Source of the DNA: Macrostomum hystrix
Taxonomy: Eukaryota > Animalia > Platyhelminthes
DNA: 64,000 nt
Direction of reading: 5' to 3'
NCBI GenBank assembly: GCA_950097015.1
Contig: CATNEN010000001.1
Coordinates: forward strand, 14,818,001-14,882,000
A model generated the notes under the pieces. It was not told the origin of the DNA. It worked only from the letters and a program-made list of their open reading frames with translations, and did not search any database. Below, piece after piece: positions 58,280 through 64,000 of the stretch (positions are counted from its first letter, which is position 1; each line of letters starts with the position of its first letter). Position numbers and translations under genes: made by a program.

Positions 58280-60331
58280 GGGTGTGTATAAAGCCAGGGC
58301 TCGGCTGGAGGTCAGTGGCATTAAAACAAAGTTTAAAGAATAGTCGGGCAGATAAGTCGAAACATGAAGAATAAAAGAAATTCCTGTGCGTGTATTAATT
58401 ATGATTCTTATTATAAATTTTTTAATAATCTTTACATCACGAAATTAGTTACATAAAATTTTTTAATCTCATTTTTCCGGCCGTAATTACGTCAAATATT
58501 AAGTCACATATTAATATTGATATAAAGTCAAATAGACGCTATTCGAATTTTAAAACGGCGAAAGCTTTCGTATAAAAATTTTATCGTAGGGGCTTATAAA
58601 CCGCTCATAAACCCGTCATAAGCCGAAGGTTGGTTTTTTGAACGACCAGACCAAGTTATAAGTAACAAAGCTGCTTGAAACAATTAGTGGCGAATAAGAG
58701 CTACATCAAGATCTAGTAGAAAAGTTGTTTTCCATTTGTGGCGAACGAGTTTAAAAAAAGTGGGTTTATAGCGAGTCGCTAGTGAAACGTGAGTGTTAGA
58801 AGTAACATCGCTGCTTGAAATAAATTAGTGGCGAATAAGAGTTACATCAAGATCTAGTAGAAAAGTTTTTCATTTGTGGCGAACGAGTTTTAAAAAAGTG
58901 GGTTTATAGCGAGTCGCTAGTGAAACGTTCGTGTAATCTTATCTAATCTTTCGCTTCCGCTTGAAATAATACGAGAGTTTTAGCATAACCAATGCTCGAT
59001 TGTACACGCAATATTTTCTCAATATTGTAATTCAATATCGAAAATATCATTGCAAAGCGATATTCTCAAAATAATATATTATAAAATACAGAATAAAAAG
59101 AATTTTTTAATACAAATGCCATAATCAAGCCCTTGTTTTGCAATAACATGGTGGTAAATTCTAGCAATTTTCGCAATCTTTAACTTCAACCGTGTACTCT
59201 AAAAAGACTTAAACCTAAAGTGCAGCTGAAAGTAAAGTGTTAAAGCAGTTATAGTGACGTCCTGCTCGATAATTTCCGATGGCCTTTTGTCTAGGACGCT
59301 TGAATGTCTTGGACGCGTACATGACATTTTGGTTCGAATCTGTCGGCAATGCATTTTTGTCCGAGAGTGTTTTTAATCAAAGTTTTACACTGACCAGCTG
59401 CAATCGTCTAACAACACCAATATACTATGTTTTTAGTATAACTTCTAACCATTTCTCTAAATAATTGAACTTTTTATAGTCGTACTTATTAGCGTATGCT
59501 GTCTGAATTTATCACGAAAAAGGTAACCGATATGTTTAGAAAAACTGAAAATAGAATTTTAGGATCTTTTCCATTTGCGTCAATGGAATTTATTCTGATT
59601 GGATAGGTCAGCAAAGTTATAACAAAAAACATTTGCTTTGGTAATAATTTGTTATTTGCAAACCTCAATATGTTAATATGGCTTGTGGCTTGAAGTTGTT
59701 ATTGTACTAAGATTCTATGATGTGAATCAACCCACCCTTCTCCTTAAGGTTCTATGTTTCTAATGTTCAAATTTAAATTATTTTTTCAAAAAGCTTTCTA
59801 AAATACAACCATTTCGTTCGCTATAATTAAATTATTTATTTGATAAATTAAGCTTCTGAAAACTATTTTAGCGCTGAGCTGTCCAACTGTACAGATTTTT
59901 TCTCAAAGTTTACATAATAACTTTTGATACTAAATAAAAGCCTGCTTGCTTGTCCATACTTTTGAATTATACAAAAATTAAAAATTTTGTGTGCAAAATT
60001 TTATTATGTATATGCATAAAAGTTGTTCTAAAAAATTAAAGAAAAATTTATACGATAATTTATTTATACGAAAGCTTTCGCCGTTTTAAAATTCGAATAG
60101 CCTCTATTTCAATTTGACGTAATTACGGCCGGTAAAAAGGAAATTAAAAAATTCAATGTAACTAATTTTGTGATGTAAAGATTAATTAAAAAATTTATGA
60201 AAACAATCATAATTAATACGCGCATATGAAATTATTTTATTCTTCATGTTTCGACTTATCTGCCCGACTATTCTTTAAACTTTGTTTTAACGCCACTGAC
60301 CTCCAGCCGAGCCCTGGCTTTATACACACCC
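58280..60331. mobile_element. Non-autonomous Mutator-like (MULE) element, about 2.05 kb
   Basis: About 290-bp terminal inverted repeats (58280-~58572 versus ~60068-60331) beginning GGGTGTGTATAAAGCC; 9-bp TSD CTACACATT at 58271-58279 and 60332-60340; AT-rich non-coding interior. Confidence 0.88.
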
Positions 60332-60610
60332 CTACACATTCTAAATAAAATACGCGTACAAGTTTGCATGTCAAATTTGCGCGCATACGGCTACTGTACA
60401 TCTGATACCAAAACTACACAATTTCAAGACGAGAATGTGAAGACTAATTATTCGTTTATTCTACTTAATCATTGAGCTACATTTTTTTTACTTTATTTCG
60501 AGATTTAGTCTGTTTAGCTTTTGTTTTATTAGAGAGGTTAAAATGAACTTAAACTGCAGTTTAGGGTGCGTTCGAGTAGCTTAAAATGACTTAAACTAAA
60601 CTTAAACTTA

Positions 60611-60701
60611 AATTTAAGCTCTCAGCATTTAAGCTCTCAGCATTTAAGCTCTCAGCATTTAAGCTCTCAGAATTTAAGCTCTCAGCATTTAAGCTCTCAG
60701 C
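60611..60701. repeat. 15-bp tandem repeat (ATTTAAGCTCTCAGC) x6
   Basis: Direct copies next to a splice donor. Confidence 0.9.
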
Positions 60702-60709
60702 ACACTTAC

Positions 60710-61646
60710 CAACTGGTGGATCAAGGCGGTCGACTACCATTGCCGCCTGAAGCCGCTGCGCCTCACCCAGCACGTCGACTGGCTGCTGGTGTTCCTGGTC
60801 GACCGGCTGCTGGTTCGACGGGGCGACCGACCCCTGCAGAATGGCCGGCAGAGTGCGCAGGTCGCTGCCCTTGACTTGGACGCCGTGGGTCCACAGTGCG
60901 CAGCGGGCACCCACGCGCCAGTACATCCTCTGGATTAAAATGGAATGGGTGGGATACAGCTCTCAGGTCAGCAAGAGAGCGAGAGCGAGAGCGACAGAGA
61001 GCGAGAGAGCGAGAGCGAGAGAGCGAGAGCGAAAGCGAGAGCGAAAGCAAGAGCGAAAGCGAGAGCGAAAGTGAGAGCGAAAGTGAGAGCGAAAGTGAGA
61101 GCGAAAGTGAGCGAAAGCGAGAGCGAAAGCGAGAGCGAAAGCGAAAGCGAGAGCAAGAGCGAGAGCGAAAGCGAAAGCGAGAGCGAAAGCGAGAGCGAAA
61201 GCGAGAGCGAAAGCGAGAGCGAAAGCGAAAGCGAGAGCAAGAGCGAGAGCGAAAGCGAAAGCGAGAGCGAAAGCGAGAGCGAAAGCGAGAGCGAAAGCGA
61301 GAGCGAAAGCGAGAGCGAAAGCGAGAGCGAGAGAGCAAGAGCGTGCGAGCGAGAGCGAGAGAGCGAGAGAGCGAGAGCAAGTGGCAGGGAAGGAAAATAA
61401 TAACATAGGATGAGTACTTACGGCGTTCCCGCCAGAGTACTGATACGTCTGCGGGGCGTGCCTCCTCGCCGGACCCGCACCCAGAAGGCACAGGCACAAA
61501 CGATCCCGCACCTGTGCGGGTTTGACTTCCATGTTTACCCAGATGGCAAATTTGCCAACTGGGCAAACAAAATGGGCCCCGACTGCTGGCTCGATTACGC
61601 CCATTTCTCCTGGGCCCCGCTGTAAGATCTCTTCCACCTTCATGTC
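60710..61646 (-). CDS. Two phase-compatible internal exons (61646-61422, 60929-60710) of an unidentified gene
   Basis: GC-rich islands bounded by CAG acceptors and GTAAGT donors. They join in frame as DMKVEEILQRGPGEMG...YQYSGGNA|RMYWRVGARCALWTHG...DRLDPPV. No start or terminal exon identified. Confidence 0.45.
60975..61378. repeat. Hexamer microsatellite (GCGAGA/GCGAAA)n
   Basis: Intronic; produces the ES/RERK/RS/LS pseudo-ORFs. Confidence 0.95.
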
Positions 61647-61899
61647 CTGGTTGATGAAATGAAATGACTAATTTCTAGGAAGCTGAAATGGAAAGACGAA
61701 TTAAGAGTTTCCTTATTGAACCTTTCGCAAGGGCTGCAATTGCCATAGACATCTTGCGTACGTAACGTACCACTAGCCTTCGTGATGATATTCATTGGTT
61801 ATTTTATGAAATACACAAGCTTACACAAAATTAAAAAAACGTCCATAAACACTTGGCCACACTGGCGGTCCCCACTGGCGGGTAAATGTTGTACATAGC

Positions 61900-62285
61900 C
61901 AGGCGCCATGCTATATAGAATAGCTTAGTAGTTATAGGAACATTCTCTGCCATGCTGTTTCTTACAATGCGCCATGCTGTTTCTTACAATGCGCCATGCT
62001 GTTTTTTACAATGCGCCATGCTGTTTCTAAAAGTGCGCCATGCTGTTTCTAATAATGTGCGCCATGCTGTTTCTAATGAACAGTGCCATGCTGTTTCTGA
62101 TTAACAACGCCATGCTGTTTTAATTACAAGCGCCATGCTATAAGGAATAGCATGGTACATATAGAAACATAGGCCGCCGAGCTGTTTCTGATAAAGTGCG
62201 CCATCCTGTTTCTTTTGACAGTGTCATGCTGTTTTAAATTAACAGCGCCATGCTATAAGGAATAGCATGGTACATATAGGAACAT
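61900..62285. repeat. Degenerate ~22-bp repeat with GCGCCATGCTGTTT core plus an internal duplication of about 113 bp
   Basis: Repeated GCCATGCT cores; GCGCCATGCTATAAGGAATAGCATGGTACATATAG occurs twice. Confidence 0.75.
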
Positions 62286-63180
62286 TTGCAAAAATGAAAC
62301 CCTAATCTCTTAGAGTTTCTATAGGAGCGAATACTCTAAGTTAGACGCCAATCAGTGGCCGAAAACCTCTCAGCCGGTTCACGGCGACATAGGAGTCTCC
62401 AGAAAAGGAACTCAAAATCCAGGCGCATTTTTTAGTCTGCACATCCTTTTGTTATTAATTATGCGATTGCCAGATTGCCAGTTATATTTTGTAGCAAATT
62501 ACGTGCACAAAAGAAGAAATGCAAAAAAGTTGCAAAGTTTGATTACTCCTGTCTCCATGCCTGCTGGATCGAATTTTCTCAAATTTGTTTCATTTTAAAG
62601 ACCATATTTCGCAATTTCTAAGCTATATTTCACTTTTCCTCTATACCCTTTGCAATTTGCAATCGTGTTTTCACTCATTTAGCCAGATTTGTGACTTAGT
62701 TCTGCTTCTGTGAGCTACTCATTGGACTGCCTATTTAGGGCTTCAGATGCAATGACTCTTTGTCGATACTAATTCTGTCCCACTACAAATAAAAAACCAT
62801 GGCATTGGCGGTGTCAACTATAGGAAATTTTCTAAAGACAAAAGTTGTTTTCAGAAGCAAAATACTAAAACTTGAACTCGAAGTCCAAGCAAATAAATAT
62901 TTGTATGTATGTGACAATGTTTTAGTTGTATCATTATGTTTTATTGTATATACGTTCTGCTCTTATTATAAAAAAAAGTAAAAATATAAAAAATCAAAAA
63001 CGCACCAAAAATATATATTTTGTTAATCTTTGTACCATAATAAAAGTAATACTGTGTGTAAATAATTTTGTTTTATTTTTTATCTTGTAAATAATATTGT
63101 GTAAAATGTTGCCATTAAAACAAAAGTTAATTTTTCTCTGTATATATAGCCGCAAATTTTGACTAAGAAAAATAAAGGGC

Positions 63181-63689
63181 TGTAAAGGGTAGTTTGAAGT
63201 TGAAGTTAAAGTTAAAGTTAAAGTTAAAGTTAGTTAAAGTTAAAGTTAAAGTTAAAGTTGAAGTTGAAGTTGAAGTTGAAGTTGAAGTTGTGAGTTGTGT
63301 GTTAAGTTGTGTAAAGTGTAAAGTGTAAAGTGTTAAGTGTGTGTTTTAAAGCAAATTTCGAAGTTTGAAGTGTTACATTGTGTTATTCATTTTAAGAGAA
63401 GATAGTAGTGAGAATTATACTCAGAACCATACTCAGAATTATACTAAGAATATTGCAAAAAGGAAACTGCTAAACTCTAATCTCGGGGACGCCTAATTGA
63501 CTGGAAACGTGTACAGTTGCCTAGTTACCGCTCGTGCAAATACATACGCTACCATTTGAGAAGCTAAAACGGCCCATTTAAGGACCGCCAGTTAAATATC
63601 TTTTAAATTGAGTCAACAGCGGTGGGATTTTCTTATAAAAGCCAGTTATTAAGTTAGCCCTGTAACAACTTTGGTGACAGCGGTGGGAT
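63181..63689 (+). mobile_element. Probable LTR plus tRNA-Leu primer-binding site
   Basis: TGTAAAGGG at 63181 and CCCTGTAACA ending at 63667 form imperfect TG..CA inverted ends. Four nt later TGGTGACAGCGGTGGGAT (63672-63689) is complementary to a tRNA-Leu-type 3' end. No gag/pol in the window. Confidence 0.45.
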
Positions 63690-64000
63690 AGTTAATTTCC
63701 ACCTGCAACAACTTCGGTGTCAGCGTGTCAGCGATAGAATAAAAAGTTAAATTTATTAAATAAGGCCCATAACATGTACAAATATGCTTAATCGAGTGAA
63801 GTTCAAACAGCGAATGACTCACCTATCAGTTAAAATCGCCTGAGTTAAGAATAGATAGCTACTCGAAAGCACAATTCCGATAGAAGCAACGCCAAAAGGA
63901 TTCTAGATTTTTTACTAACTTTAAGTACAGATACAGAGTAGATAAAATAGACTCGATCGATATTTTATCAACGTGTTTTATTTGTTACGAAGCCAGTTTA

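Noticed and set aside
60763-61566. RS/ES/RERK low-complexity ORFs as SR-type proteins
   Set aside because: Hexamer microsatellite open in most frames, located between a GT donor and an AG acceptor.

Overview
This is eukaryotic (metazoan) genomic DNA with GT-AG introns, SINEs, DNA-transposon derivatives and many minisatellites; it is not prokaryotic and has no CRISPR array. Gene style and minisatellite density suggest a free-living flatworm such as Macrostomum (inference only). Two large spliced genes, both on the minus strand, dominate. (1) 30256->5051: a hand-built 34-exon model whose phases all join, giving 16,449 nt and about 5,480 aa. It encodes a secreted protein: signal peptide, vWD, C8, TIL, 2xShKT, a very long array of divergent Cys/Arg/Lys/His-rich modules, a vWA domain with degenerate MIDAS, further modules, ShKT, PAN/apple, ShKT and a C-terminal ShKT. 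It resembles a gel-forming mucin whose glycosylated PTS core is replaced by a polycationic disulfide-rich rod, and is the best candidate for an undescribed secreted glue, coat or defensive protein. (2) 57831->34440: a kinesin-6 (KIF20A/B-like) gene, 32 exons and about 2,145 aa. Its stalk is built from phase-0 117/135-nt exon modules with very recent tandem exon duplications, and almost every large intron holds its own minisatellite. Also present: a small single-pass membrane protein gene (1884-2453), two orphan exons near 61 kb, at least three tRNA-derived SINE families (one nested insertion, one duplicating a splice donor), a hAT-type MITE with 8-bp TSD, a 2-kb MULE-type element with 9-bp TSD, and a probable LTR plus tRNA-Leu primer-binding site near the window end. 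All exon coordinates were read by eye.
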